DNA of 63,790 nucleotides, counting the filler, from Reclinomonas americana ATCC 50394 (Eukaryota), in NCBI GenBank assembly GCA_048213135.1. It is 7 parts of 5 records of this genome, joined end to end, with 100 filler letters (N's around TTAATTAATTAA, not from the genome) between each part and the next. Parts side by side here need not be neighbours in the genome. Positions count along the whole stretch, not along the records: positions 1 to 13,398 come from PS015539.1; positions 13,499 to 16,983 come from PS015540.1; positions 17,084 to 44,317 come from PS015540.1; 4 more parts are not named here. One strand, written 5' to 3'. The position numbers and the translations under genes were made by a program. Shown here piece after piece: positions 12,783-25,193 of the stretch. Below the pieces are notes generated by a model. It did no database searches. It worked only from the letters and a program-made list of their open reading frames with translations, and was not told the DNA's origin. Each line of letters begins with the position of its first letter. The first letter of the stretch is position 1.

Positions 12783-13398
12783 TCACGCCATCCATGCTCT
12801 TACGCGGCCGGCCACATGCACTCTGCAAAACGGACATGCGTCGACCGCACTGGCACACACGGCGCACATGGTAAAGTGACCGCACGGTAGCAGTACGGTG
12901 TTGATGCGCCGCGCACAGCACAGACGACACTCCATGGTCTCGGTCAGATCCTCGCCCTCCTCGTACTGTCGCTCGTCCTCCGGCGACAGCGTGAGCTTCT
13001 GCGGCACAATGAGACCGACATTCGGCAGCTCCACCATCTCCGCATGCGACTGCAATCGATCCAGCAGATCGTGATGCCGCAGCTGATTCACCGTCACCAG
13101 CGCCACCGGCTCAAAGTGATCGCGCAGACCCACAGGTATTTGCACGCGATTCACCGCAGCGCACGGCGGCGCCGGCAACAAACCCACCAAATCGCGAATT
13201 CTGTGCTGTTGCGCACTCGCCGGTGCTTTCGGGGGCTCACCGGGTGGCGGCGGTGGTGTTGGCGCTCTACCACGCACGTGCATGGTGTCAGGGGCGGTGT
13301 GGAACAAAGAACGACACAGAAAAGATAATAAAAGACCTCACAGGCGCCGGCGGCGGCACCAACCCCTGGTTGAGAATAGACATTGGTGGCAGCGGAGG
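12783..13398 (-). CDS. Protein with C-terminal C3HC4 RING finger (IAP/RGLG-like), 5'-partial
   Basis: ECRLCC...TVLLPCGHFTMCAVCASAVDACPFCR. Runs into the gap. Confidence 0.8.
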
Positions 13399-13498
13399 NN
13401 NNNNNNNNNNNNNNNNNNNNNNNNNNNNNNNNNNNNNNNNNNTTAATTAATTAANNNNNNNNNNNNNNNNNNNNNNNNNNNNNNNNNNNNNNNNNNNN
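13399..13498. other. Artificial 100-nt gap spacer N44-TTAATTAATTAA-N44. The 12-mer core is at 13443 and also at 17028, 44362, 49943, 59743 and 62145.
   Basis: Identical six-frame-stop 12-mer centred in N runs. Confidence 0.97.
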
Positions 13499-13893
13499 TG
13501 CAAACCAGATCTTGTACGAGCCCGGGATCGTCCTCAGTGCGCGCTCAAAGAGGAACAGGCGTACGCGCTCACTGCTGTTGCGCTTGGACTCGATGTAACT
13601 GTGTGGGCGTGAGTGAAGTGAGAGACATGAGTGATTGATTGAGCGATGCATGCATGCATGCACGACGCGACTCAACTTGAACCAGTTGCGCGTGACATAG
13701 GGGTTGCGCTGGATGCCATCCTCGAACTCCAAGTCTGGAGACAGGGCGGGGAGGGGAGGGAGGGAAGGTGAGAGAAATGCCCAAGTGTGACATGGCCACT
13801 GACAGACACGCGCAGTTGTCTCCATGTGTGCATTGTGAGTGAGAGTGAGTGCGCACCATCTTCGTTGGAGATGAGACCCTCGGGAATGTCCAT
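13499..13893 (-). CDS. XAB2: Pre-mRNA splicing factor SYF1, N-terminal exons only
   Basis: MDIPEGLISNEDDLEFEDGIQRNPYVTRNWFNYIESK...LFERALRTIPGSYKIWF. Truncated by a spacer gap. Confidence 0.88.
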
Positions 13894-14491
13894 CGCGTCG
13901 GCCTGATGTAGGTGGCGGGGAGGGCGGGTGACAATGAGCGGTGGGGACACGAGGACGAGCGACTTAGAATTCATTTTTCTCATGGTGTGTGGTGTGCATG
14001 TATGTGTGTGTGTGATTGCCAGACTTCCGCGCGGGAGGGGAGGGGGTAGTGGAGGGAGGGGAGGCACGCACGCAGCAGACACGCACGGAACATGATCACC
14101 ATCACGCACAACTTGCACGCACGACGACGACGACGACGATACACCACTGCCACGACACACCAAACAAAACACAATCAACACGACAACATCACGCACACGC
14201 ACGCATGCACGTACTCACACAAGTGGCACACACGTACACACACGAGCGCACTCACGATGCACGAAACAAATCGCAATACAGGCAACAACACATTGTTGTC
14301 CGCCCCCCCACGGGCCAGCACAAGGCGGGCAGCGCGAAGACACGCGCTAGTACAGATACACACGGAACGCGTCCTCACCTCAACAAGCAAAACAAGTCCA
14401 AGCCAGCCGTCAAAACTCGCAAACGCCAAACAAATTTCCGATTAATTTCCCTTATGTTGTTGTTGTTGTTGTTGCTGTGCGCTGGTGCCTC

Positions 14492-16214
14492 TCAGTACGG
14501 CCGTTGCTGCTTAAGCTGCACCTTCAGGCGCTTGTTGCCGATCTGGAAGCCATTCATGCCAGAGATGGCATTCTGCGCCGAGTAGGGGTTGTCGTAGCTG
14601 ACAAAGCCTGTAGTGTGCACGGTGAGTGCAAGGGAGGAACGTGGCGGCATCGTGCATGCACACACGCACCGAAACCCTTGCTCTGGCCAGTCATCTTGTC
14701 GGCAAAGACCTTGGCAGACACCACGTTGCCGAACGGCGCAAAGATGGCCGCCAAGTCCGCGTCAGTGAAGTACGACGGCAGGTGATAGATGAAGAGATTG
14801 GCACCCGGTGGTCCCGAGGCTACGGAAACCACACAAGTGAGTACGTGTCACCGACACGTGTTAATACAGATATAGGACACCCTCACCGGCACCCGTACCA
14901 CGAGGCGCGCCACCCTGTGCTCCCCCCATCATTCCCATGCCAGCAGCTGCGGCTCCGTACGCGGCGTACGGATCCAGCGGAGCTGCCGCGCCGTACGACT
15001 GCATGCCAGCGTCAGATAGAGGGAAAGGGAAGCGACGGACAGAGGGAAAGGGAAGCGACGGACTGCCACATGCGTGTGCGCGCTCGCAACTCCTTGCATG
15101 CCCATCATGGGATTCATGAGACCGCCACCGCCGTACATGCCCATCATGCCGGGGCCCATGCCACCGACACCAGCGCCCATGCCGACCATGCCACCCGCAC
15201 TCATCATGTGCGGCGCCATCATCATCGGGTTGTGCTGCTGCTGCTGTTGTTGCTGCGCGCGAACCAGTCGACCCTTGCTCTCCGCAAACTTGACCACCAT
15301 GGTCGTCATCGCACCCTAGTTGTTGTCGGACAGTGGTGAGAAGGAGAGAGGGATTCACATATGCGCGCCGCCGGCACCGACCTCCATCTTGTACTGGCCA
15401 TTCAGCGTCGAGATGGCCAACTCGGCCTCCTCGCGTGTGTTGAATCTCACAAACGCAGCACCTGTCCAACACGCACACACATGAACAACAAAGCAAGATG
15501 AAGGAGCAGAGGGAGGCCGTGAAAAACAGACCCTTGGATGATCCGTCGGGCGCGCGGTGCAGCGACACCTCCTGCACGCTGCCAAACTGTGAAAACAGCA
15601 TGCGCACATCGTCCTCCGTGGCCGATCGCGGCAGCATGCCCACAAACAACTTGTGCTCCAGTCGCTCCAACTCGCCGTCGGCGTACTTGACCTGCACCGG
15701 GTGCGGCATCTATTCCCCACAACAGCGGCAACGAGGTGAGGAGGAGAGCGATAAAGTAGCGATTGAGGACCACACGAAACTCCCGCAAAGATGTGCTTGT
15801 CATGCAGGCCAGCAATGCATGCATCGGCCGTGGCCTTGTTCAAAAACGTCACAAACGCACAGCCTGTTCCACCAGCACATGAGCACACACACATACACCG
15901 ACGCACACACACAGGCTCCACGCGAATTCACCTCGAGTCTGCATCGTCGCGCGATCACGAATCAACGCCACCTCGTACACCTCTCCATACGGTCGCACCA
16001 GCTCCGTCAACTCCGTCTCGGTCGTGTTCTTCGGCAGCTGGCCCACAAACAGCTTCACTGTGCCAGTGGCGTCCTTCTTCTCCCCACCAGCACCAGCGGC
16101 CGCAGCTGATGATGATGATCCCTCTCCGCCTCCATTGGTGACCGGAACCGCGCCCGCGTCACTGCCCTGAGCGGTGGTGGAAGAAGTGGAGGTGTCGTCG
16201 CCGGGTGCAGACAT
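14492..16214 (-). CDS. CELF: CELF/Bruno-like three-RRM RNA-binding protein
   Basis: [69 protein letters not shown] and [19 protein letters not shown]. Confidence 0.95.
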
Positions 16215-16765
16215 ACTGTGCGAGAGAGGGAAGAGAGAGTGAGAGTGAGAGGGGGACGTGGAAATGTCGGTCGTTGGCACAAGACACGCACACGAACGCG
16301 CAATGCACGCTTTCTTGCTCGTGTGATTGATGGATGGTGTGTGTGCAAGAGAGAGCGAGAGGGAGAGAGTGTGTGTGTGAGAGAGAGAGAGAGTGGCAGA
16401 CGGACACTAAAAGCGTCAACATGAGATGCGACAAGAACACATGAAGGCGATGCAGGGATGCACGTGAGAGACACAGGGACAATTGAGATTGTGTGTGTGA
16501 GAGAGAGACAGTGTGTGAGTGTGAAAGAGAGAGAGCAAACCCCAGACGCGTGCTTGCATGCATCCAGAAACAGCACTCTATATGCGCGTTCTCTCTCAAC
16601 GCACTGCACACAAGCTGCACACACACACACGAGCAGCACAAGCACGACCAGCCACACACCTTTCAACAAACAGATGATGATGATCAAAGTGTGATTTCAC
16701 AATCCACCAAGCCAACCAAACTCAAGCGTAAGACACACACAGTCCTGCACGCGCAAACCTCATCA

Positions 16766-17083
16766 ATGGCTTACTACTCTGGCGGCAGCGGTGCTGGTGG
16801 TGGCGGCAGCAGCAACGGCGGCAGCAGTGGCGGCGGTCACGGACTGGGCGCACTTGTGGGCGGCTTTATCAACGCAGGCGGTGCTCCGGGCGAGCTGGGC
16901 AGCCCCAACAAGGCGCGCATTGCACAGCTCTCGCAGAAGCTCTCCGGTCTGCAAGCGGGACTCGAGGTTTGTTGGCGAGAAGGNNNNNNNNNNNNNNNNN
17001 NNNNNNNNNNNNNNNNNNNNNNNNNNNTTAATTAATTAANNNNNNNNNNNNNNNNNNNNNNNNNNNNNNNNNNNNNNNNNNNN

Positions 17084-17147
<64 letters not shown>

Positions 17148-17837
17148 AGTGAGAGAGCGAGAGAAGAGAGAGTGAGGGAGAGTGTGTGTTTGCATGTGTG
17201 TGTGCGTGTCTGTGTGCGCGCACGAGTGTGTTGCTGACTGTTGGTGTGTGTGATGTAGGCGCAACGCGATGGTGAGAGCCGATTGTACAAGATTTTGGAT
17301 GAGAAGACGGGGGAGATGCGGTACGAGTTGGAGCGGGAGGCGGCGTCGATGGAGGAGGGCTATCGGCGTGCGCAATCGACGTTGTTGATGGATGCGGGCA
17401 AGCTGCAGGAGCTGCTGTCGGGGGAGCGCGATGAGCGTGAGTCGCAGGAGAATCGGCTCATTGGACGCATTCAGGAGTCGATCAATAGCGTGCGCGATCA
17501 GTTGGCCAAGGAGAAGCAGGTGTGTGTGGTGCCTCTTTGCAGTGTGGGTGCGGGTGGATGTGATGACTCACCATGGTGAGAGCAGAGCCGAGAGGAGACG
17601 CAAGACGACATTCTGCGAATGATGGACGACATTGTGAAGCGACTGAAGAGCGAGATTGATGTTGCGTCTGGCCGCATCGTTGTGCGTGTGAGGTGTGCGT
17701 GTGCATCAACGCTCACTTTGCGTGTCTTTGTGGTGTTCGTGTAGGCGGAGAAGAGGGAGCGTGAGCACACGGAGGAGACACTGCTGAAGCTGCTGGAGGA
17801 GACGTGCTCGAAAATCAACGCCATTGACGCCATCTAA
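16766..17837 (+). CDS. SF-assemblin/beta-giardin-like coiled-coil protein (middle part in gap)
   Basis: SPNKARIAQLSQKLSGLQ head, repeated ER..RE..E...L motifs and C-terminal EKREREHTEETLLKLLEETC. Confidence 0.7.
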
Positions 17838-18036
17838 GCGTCCATGCGCACGTTTTTGGCCGTGTATTCTTGTCGCTGGGAGATCACCTGCTCTCTTTGC
17901 GCCACCTTTTCGTCACCCATGTCTCTTTCTGTGTAAAAGTACGCATTTTTCCAGCAACAACACTCTTCTTGTTTTCACGTTTATATAGGGGGGCAGGAAG
18001 TGATGCTTACGCACTCCTTTTTGCTTTCGCGTGTGT

Positions 18037-20662
18037 TCACACGGGGTACCGTGGCACGTGTGTGGCGCCGTAGGGTGGCGGTGGTGCACTGGGTGCGTAG
18101 CCAGCCGGTGGCTGTGCATGCAGCGAGTCAGAGGCAGAGACAGGGAGAGAGAGATTGTCCGTGAGACGCAACTGGTGGTGCATTCTTGTGAGGAATACCG
18201 TGAATTGGATTGTAATAGTCGGTGAAGGGTCCGTGGGAACCTCCCGAGGCCGGATCGTTGATTGGCGGCGGCGCATACATGGCCATCGGGGCCACCGAGT
18301 CGTACGACGGCATCTCGGCGGCGTGTATCAATCCCGATCGTTCGTCCTCCGGAACCTCGAGAATCACATCCTCCCACGGCTGGACAAAGGTGAGAACACG
18401 GAGGGTGGGAACACAAATGGCACGAGCATGAGAGGAACCTTGTAGCGCTTGTAGAGCACCGAGCCGAGGATGACCAGCACCGAGAAGACGACGCTGGCCG
18501 TCAAAAATGCACACCACAAGGCCACCACGGCAAAGACAGCGCTCTTGCATCCGTCCTCGTGCAGGCTGTACAAGCCGTCGGTGGCAAACGTGCAGTCGAT
18601 GAGCGTCGTCAGCTGCGTCTGACTGGCGGCGAGCGTGTTGCAGGCGGCGACGCCGGTGTCGACCTGCGTCTGGATCGCCGACGGCAGCGTCACGTGCCGA
18701 TTGGCCAGATCTGATTGGCGAAAGGTGAGTAGCGAGCGAGGGAGCAGGGGAGAGGGGAGTGTATCCACAGGTGGAGAGGACCTGTGGGAATATTGGGGCA
18801 CGTGGTGCGGGTGATGGTGGTCGGCAGGTACTTGGGCACGAGCAGCCCATTCAACGCCTGCAACACGTTGGTGTAACCGGTGCCGATGGCCGGATTCACG
18901 CGATTGGCCACTTGCGTCTCCAGCTCGGACTGGCAGTCGGCCAGCTTGTCGATACCCTGCGGCGTGGATATGAGCGAAAAAGGGCATCTGCTGGTAACGG
19001 GAGAGGAAGGCACGCACATCAAAGAGCTTTTGTTGCAGGTCGCTCTGCGCATTGTACTCCCACGGAGTGTTGATGTAGCCGGTGAGGAGATCGCACGAAT
19101 CGCCACCTGGCAAAGCGGAGGGAGGAAGGAAGGAGTGAGTGAGTGTGTGGTGAGCAGGGAGTGAGAGATCCGGGGACGCAAACCAGTGAGGGTGGCCGAG
19201 AAATAGACGCCAGCCAGCAGCCACGCGATGAAGAGGAAGAAGAAGCCGGCCCAGGTGACACTGCACTGCTGGTATGAGCGCCAGCCTGCATGCTCATGAC
19301 AAGAATCGCCACGCAACATGCCGAAGAGCCACGGTTTGCGGAAAATCAACGCAAACACGGCCACCAAGAAAAAGGCTCCGTTCACACTGATCAACGATGT
19401 CATGACAATGAATCGAATGCGCTCGTACTTGCGCACATCTGGTGAGCAATCGCAGTCAGTGCCGGCCGGCGGATTGGGCAGGCGGAAGGCAGACAGCAAC
19501 AGAATACCTCGCGTGATATCGTGTGTTGTGGACACGGTGCTGTTCACATCGGCCTGCGCCTCTCGGATCAACGCAAAGTCGGACGGCGAAATGTACGTCG
19601 ACAGCACGGGGTCGCTCAGCGTACTCACAATCGCATTCATGCGGAGCGCTGCGACGGCAAATGTGAGCAGAAAGCACCAGCAGTTGCACACACGTCAGTT
19701 GCACACTGACGAGACGCAACACGTGGTGTCGGCAATGCCATCCGCAGTGGTGGCCATCGAGCCGACCTTGGTGTTCAGCTGCTGGTCGTAGTAGAACGAC
19801 ACGACGACAGCCGCACTGCATGAGCCCACGATGCGATGAGTCGACGAGAAGGCGGACGATTCGAGCATAGGAGCGACGCAACGCCAAGAACAGCATGAGA
19901 ATGAGGACCGTCACACCGGGGCACACGCGCTGGCCCTTGGTGTAGGGCACCATACGCGGCGGACTGCCACAGCAGCATCCATCCTGTGGCTCCCATCCAC
20001 CACATCCTGCACAACACACCACACCATTGTCAGCCGATCGTCCCTCGTCTCACAGACCGTACGGGCACACCTCCACAACACCGCGCACAGCACGTGATAA
20101 AGCTCGCCGCTGGTGCACACAACAACCATCAATGAGGCAGCACACGACAAGGTGACCTTGCAACACTGCTGCACTGACCGACTCCGACCACCGCCAGCAG
20201 CACACAGTAGCCGCCCCAGATGCCAATGCCCTGTGTTTGTGCACTCATGAGTGTGCACTGAGAGGAGACAAGAGTAACACGACGACACACACACACACCT
20301 GCCAGTAGTCACTGCTGCCGGGATCAAACTCGCTGCTCACGCGCTGCACCTTGGAGTTGATGCTGCGAACAAACACACACGACTCAGTGAGCAGTCTGTG
20401 TGTGTGAGTGTGTGAGACACGTGGGGAGAGTGAACCGAGGTACTCTTGTAATCCACTGATGATAGTCATTGTAGGTGTGATTGCCGCCGCGTTGTGCCGT
20501 GATCAATACATGCGATTCGCGTCCTCGCAAGGGACTTGTGGCATCTCCTTCTGCTGCTGCTGCTGTTGACAATGATGATGATAATGCGGTGGTTGTTGCA
20601 GCCACGCAGACGAGTACAGTGGTCAACACGACAAGTTGGAGAAGTGACGAGCGTGCTGTCAT
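18037..20662 (-). CDS. Tweety-family-like multi-pass membrane protein
   Basis: Signal peptide, then EFDPGSSDYWQ before TM1, a Cys cluster (GCCCG), an extracellular helical region, YERIR followed by a TM pair, a Cys-containing loop (DSCD...IDC...GC), a last TM and a PPPY-bearing tail. Confidence 0.65.
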
Positions 20663-21390
20663 GGCTCCCTCCTAAAATGCTCGAAATCGTTTCGCGACGC
20701 GACAATCGGTGCATGCAATGGACGGTCGAATTCGTGATCGTGAAGGTCGAAGGCTCGGTGAGGGGCGTTTCCTGGCAGGTGAGCTAGAATCTGCAGTGGT
20801 AGATGTGGTTGTTGAGGAATAGAGCTTGGCGGGGAGACGAGCGGACCGTAGCAAAATAAATGCATTTGCATTCGATTTCGAAAACCGAACCGCGACGTTC
20901 AACGAAAAGCAGATCGCAGACCACCTCCGCGAGCAGTTTTCACTGCAGCTTCAACCCACTTTTCACCGGATTTGATAACTCGCAAAACAGCCTCCTGGCT
21001 ACCGGTCGGATCGACTTGTCGTGAAGTGCATGTCGACGCTTTCGCCCTCGGAATCCTGATCAGAAACGCCAGCATTAGCCATCTCGACTTTCTCTCAGTG
21101 TTCACGTGATGTCTGAGTTTCTGGTGCTCACTCAAGATGGTGATCATCATGCAGCTGCTGCTGTTTGGATTAGTAAAGTTGTTGTTGTTGTTGTTGTCAA
21201 CACACAGTGCGTTCTGCATCGGCAATCCGGCTGCTGCCAGCAGGTGGTGGACATTGTTTCCCGCACAATCACGCTGTTGCTTGTTTGTTGGTGAATGAAT
21301 TGTTGTTGCAATTGTTGCCCAATCCTCGTAGCACCGCGCAGCCTGCATGCGCATGCGCATGCAACTTTCGCGTCCTGCATCCCCCTTGTG

Positions 21391-24300
21391 ATGACCTCGC
21401 CGAGCGACCCACCCGACCCCCTGCGCACCATCCTGGCTGGTGCCTCTGCCTTCCTCTCCACCGACGATCTGCAGCAACTATGGCGCACTTGTGCGTCCTC
21501 ATCACCATTACCCTCCTCCGATCGCGATCGCCCTCACTCGCCCCTCTTCCTCACAGCACGCATCGTGTGTGAATGCCTCTCCCTCCACCTCTCGCACATT
21601 GTGCTTCCGCGATGCGACGCTGAGTTGCTGCGTCAGGCCGATGAGGTAACTCACATCCCCCATTTCATTGTCATCACAGCATCATCATCACACATCTTGC
21701 ATGTCAGCTGTTCCCCTCCGCCTCCTCGCTGGCCATTGTGCACTCGCCCGTGCGTCGTTTCTGCGCCGCCAACCTCGTGCCGGCTTCGCTGGCCAGTCGC
21801 TTGCGGAGGCTGGAGCTGTGCGGGCTGGAGGAGCTGCAGGATGTTGAGTTGTCGCCGCACTTGTCGGAGCTGCGAGAGCTGGACCTGCGCCAGTGCCCGG
21901 CACTGCATCTGGAGCCGCAAGACATTGACGTGCCGCGGTTGTCGTCATTACGTTGCGCGCACGTTGTTCACTCCCGTGTGTGTGTGGCGTGTCTCACCAG
22001 CGTTGTAGACATTGAGGAGGCGGCGGTGACGCGCTGGAACCTGCCGCACATGTTTCAGTGCCGATCGCGAGCGCTGCATGCGGTGGGTGTGGAGGTGGCC
22101 GAGGGCATCAGTTGCGTGCTGGAACACCGAGTGTGCTTGTGATGAGACACTCACCCCCTTTGGAATGTGTGCAGTGAGTGCCTCGAAGGATCGTGCGTTC
22201 ATGTCCCTGCGCCTCAGTCAAGTTCCTACACCGCTCACTGAATTCACTTCACGATGCAGCTCGCGAAGGACGCGCAGCGTTGATGGGCCTCGGCATCGTG
22301 TTCCCCTTGGTGAACGCCCTACGAATGAGCGCGCCAGCGGATTGCCCACGTCAGCTGGTGGAGGACACTCGGATTCGCGTGCTGGACTTGCTCGCCAGCA
22401 TTGGTCTGCCTTCTCACACTTGTTGTGCGCTGAAAAGACACTCACCGACGTCTCTCTCCAGTGGCGCATCACCCGATTGCACAAGAGGAGGTGCGTCATT
22501 GTGGCGGCCTGGAGACCCTCATTGCACTGATCAGTGAGCCGTCGGCGAGTGTGGCCGCCACATGTGCGTTGCGGTATCTGGCGTCGGGAGGGGTGGTGAA
22601 TCGCTTGAATAGGAGTGGAGACGTGGGGGACTCGTACGTAGACTTGCCAAACGCGACGGCGATGAGGCGGCTGGGAGTTGTCCCTGCGCTGCTGCAAGAA
22701 ATCGAGCGATTGCGGCCATTGTATGCCGACATTGCGTCGATCTCATGTCTGGCCGAACTCGGTGCGTTTCGTACATGCGTGTGTCTCTGCGTGCGGACAG
22801 GTTTCTCACTTGAGCATGTGCCATGCACAGCGTTGTATGATCGCGGAGTGGCAGCCGATCTCGAACGTCCTGGTGTTTTTGATATGCTGCTGCACGCAAT
22901 GCAGTCGGCGCCAGACGACAGCGCGGCAGTGTTAGTGGCCATGGACTGTTGCGTAATGTGCGAACACGGCTTAGAGTGAGTGCCATTTGCTTACCGGCCT
23001 CTTTCTTCTCTTGTTGTCTCTTCCTTCTCCTCCCTTTCCTCCCTTCCCTCCCTTCCCTCCCTCCCCTCCCTCCCCTCTCTCTCCCCTCCCCTCTCTCCCC
23101 TCCCCTCTCTTCCTTCTCCTCCCTTCACTCCCTTCCTGCAGTGAGACCATCCGACCGCACTGCTGCCCTGTCGGTGGAGGCGTCTGCACATCTGAAGAGA
23201 GCGGCACTGCGCGGCTTGGCGCATGCACTGGACGCCACTCAGTACTTTATCTCGTTGTCGGTGCTTGTTGGTGAGGCCGTTTAGTCTTGCGGGCGTGCGT
23301 GCGTGCAGGCTCCTCTTCTCATCTTGCAGCATCACAGAGCACGACCTTATTGCGGTGGACGATGACACACTTCGGGGAGTCACCAGTGGTCTTGCGCAGC
23401 ACACTGCCGTCGTCACTGAGGATCTGCTGGCTGCGCTGGCGGTGTTCTGTTGCGTTGTGCAGGGACTAATCGTTGCTGTCGAAGGGATGGATGAGTTACT
23501 TGCAGCGCAGTGGGCCGACTGCCGGTGCCTGTGGACGCAGCAGTGTGTGCGGAGCTTTGTCGGCACACGTTGCGTTTGGTGACCGTGGCTGAACAGATGA
23601 CACCCGTAATCTGCGCACTGTGGGCTCTGCTCGGTTCGTCTCTTCGTCGGCAACGTCTTTTCGCGTTCTCACTGCGTCATGTCTCTCGCAGCCGTTCACG
23701 ACCCGTTCAACATCGTCCGTCCGTATGGACCGCGCATTCTTCCCCTGCTCGTGCGCCACGTACTGGCGGCAAGTGACGCGGGTGCGGTGCTCCCGAGTGT
23801 CATCGCCATTGGTCACTTTGGTGCGCACCAGATCTCTTATTGCACTGCCTTTCCTCAGCCATCGCTCACACTGCTTGCATGCAGTTTTCCGGTGCGAGTC
23901 TAACGCCGACTCGGTACTTCGTGACAACCAACTGGTTGCCGCGTTGGAGCGATTGTCGGCCGGTGGCGGTGATGCCGCGCAGGCGGCGTCGTGGACGTAC
24001 CATTGTCTCTGTTTCGTTATCTCCAGTGTGGATGATGCCACCATTCTCCCTTCGCTCACCCATACGTCGACACAGGTCACACACAGCCGTCCAATGTGCA
24101 CTGCTTCCGTCGTCCAACACCACCCACCGCAGGTAGGACATACATTCTCCACTCTCTCAGAACAACGAACTCATCTTCTCTCTTTTTTTCGCAGACGACG
24201 AGTTGCGCTGCGTTGCACGAGTTGCTACATTCTCTATGTTCCGATAATCGAAAGCAAGCAGGTCTCTTATCGCACGCCTGACCGATGCGAAAACACGAGG

Positions 24301-25131
24301 CAACGCATGTTTCCGCGCCCAGGACTATGCCGGTGCTTTGGAGGCCTACTGGCCGGTAAGCTCTTGTGCAACACTCTATGTATGTAAGCATGAGTGTCGT
24401 TGACTTCTGCATCTGCAGATCGTGAACGATATTCAAGTACCCGTCGCTGTGCCAGTCGGCGTGCCAGCACGAAATGTGCACCTGCCTCTGTGGCACTCTG
24501 CATTCACAGCCGGTGTGTTTGTCGTGGGTGGGTGGTGAAATCCTTTGCTAGCTCTCTCACTCGTGCGGCAGGCTCCATCATGGCACCCTCGACACTCGAT
24601 CGGCTTGTTGTGGACATTTTCAACAATATTGCTCTCGTTTGCATGCGCACACACGCGTACGGCGCGGCGCGCATGGCCACCGACAAGGTACTGTCCACGC
24701 TCGTTGTTCTTCTTGTGCGCTGCTGTTATACTCATAGAGAGTCCTCCGCGACAGACACTGGTGTTTGATGTGATTAATGTAAAGGCGCTCGCGAGGCGCG
24801 CCGAGGCCTGTATCGGTGTGGGTGATCTGGAAGGCGCGAGATCCGCCCTCCAGCTGGAACTGGGAGGTGCGTGTTTTGCGCAGTGCCATGCCACTGTGCT
24901 CTGCGTCTCACGTTGTGCTCGTGACAGTGGTGCCGACGGACCAAGTTGAGTCAGTACGGTGTGTACACGGAGCAGTGATGGTGATCATCGGTAGCAGCTT
25001 GGCGGATTCATTTTGTGCTGTACAGATCGCGCTTACAAGCCGTGGAGCGACAGCTGCATGAGGCCGAGGTCAATAAGCGGCGACTAGCACTGCTTCTGTC
25101 CTCCTCCTCCGACGATGATGGGAGCCAATAG
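21391..25131 (+). CDS. Putative F-box-like / LRR / ARM-like / TPR multidomain protein
   Basis: N-terminal ILAGASAFLSTDDLQQLWRTS, LRR-like LRRLELCG and LRELDLRQCPAL, ARM-like CGGLETLIALI, and TPR-like IFNNIALVCM and NVKALARRAEACIGVGDLEGA. Many short introns, so the exact structure is uncertain. Confidence 0.6.
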
Positions 25132-25193
25132 AAACATAAATAGGGAGAAAAGACGTGGATTATGAGTAAACAATCAAATCGCCAGTCGACTAC

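Noticed and set aside
13443..13454. Recurring palindromic TTAATTAATTAA as a biological motif
   Set aside because: Always centred in N44 flanks; an assembly linker with stops in all six frames.
20677..21300. Possible small gene or ncRNA between the tweety-like and F-box-like genes
   Set aside because: A donor-like CAG|GTGAGC exists at about 20779, but I could not build a convincing spliced ORF or recognise an RNA motif.
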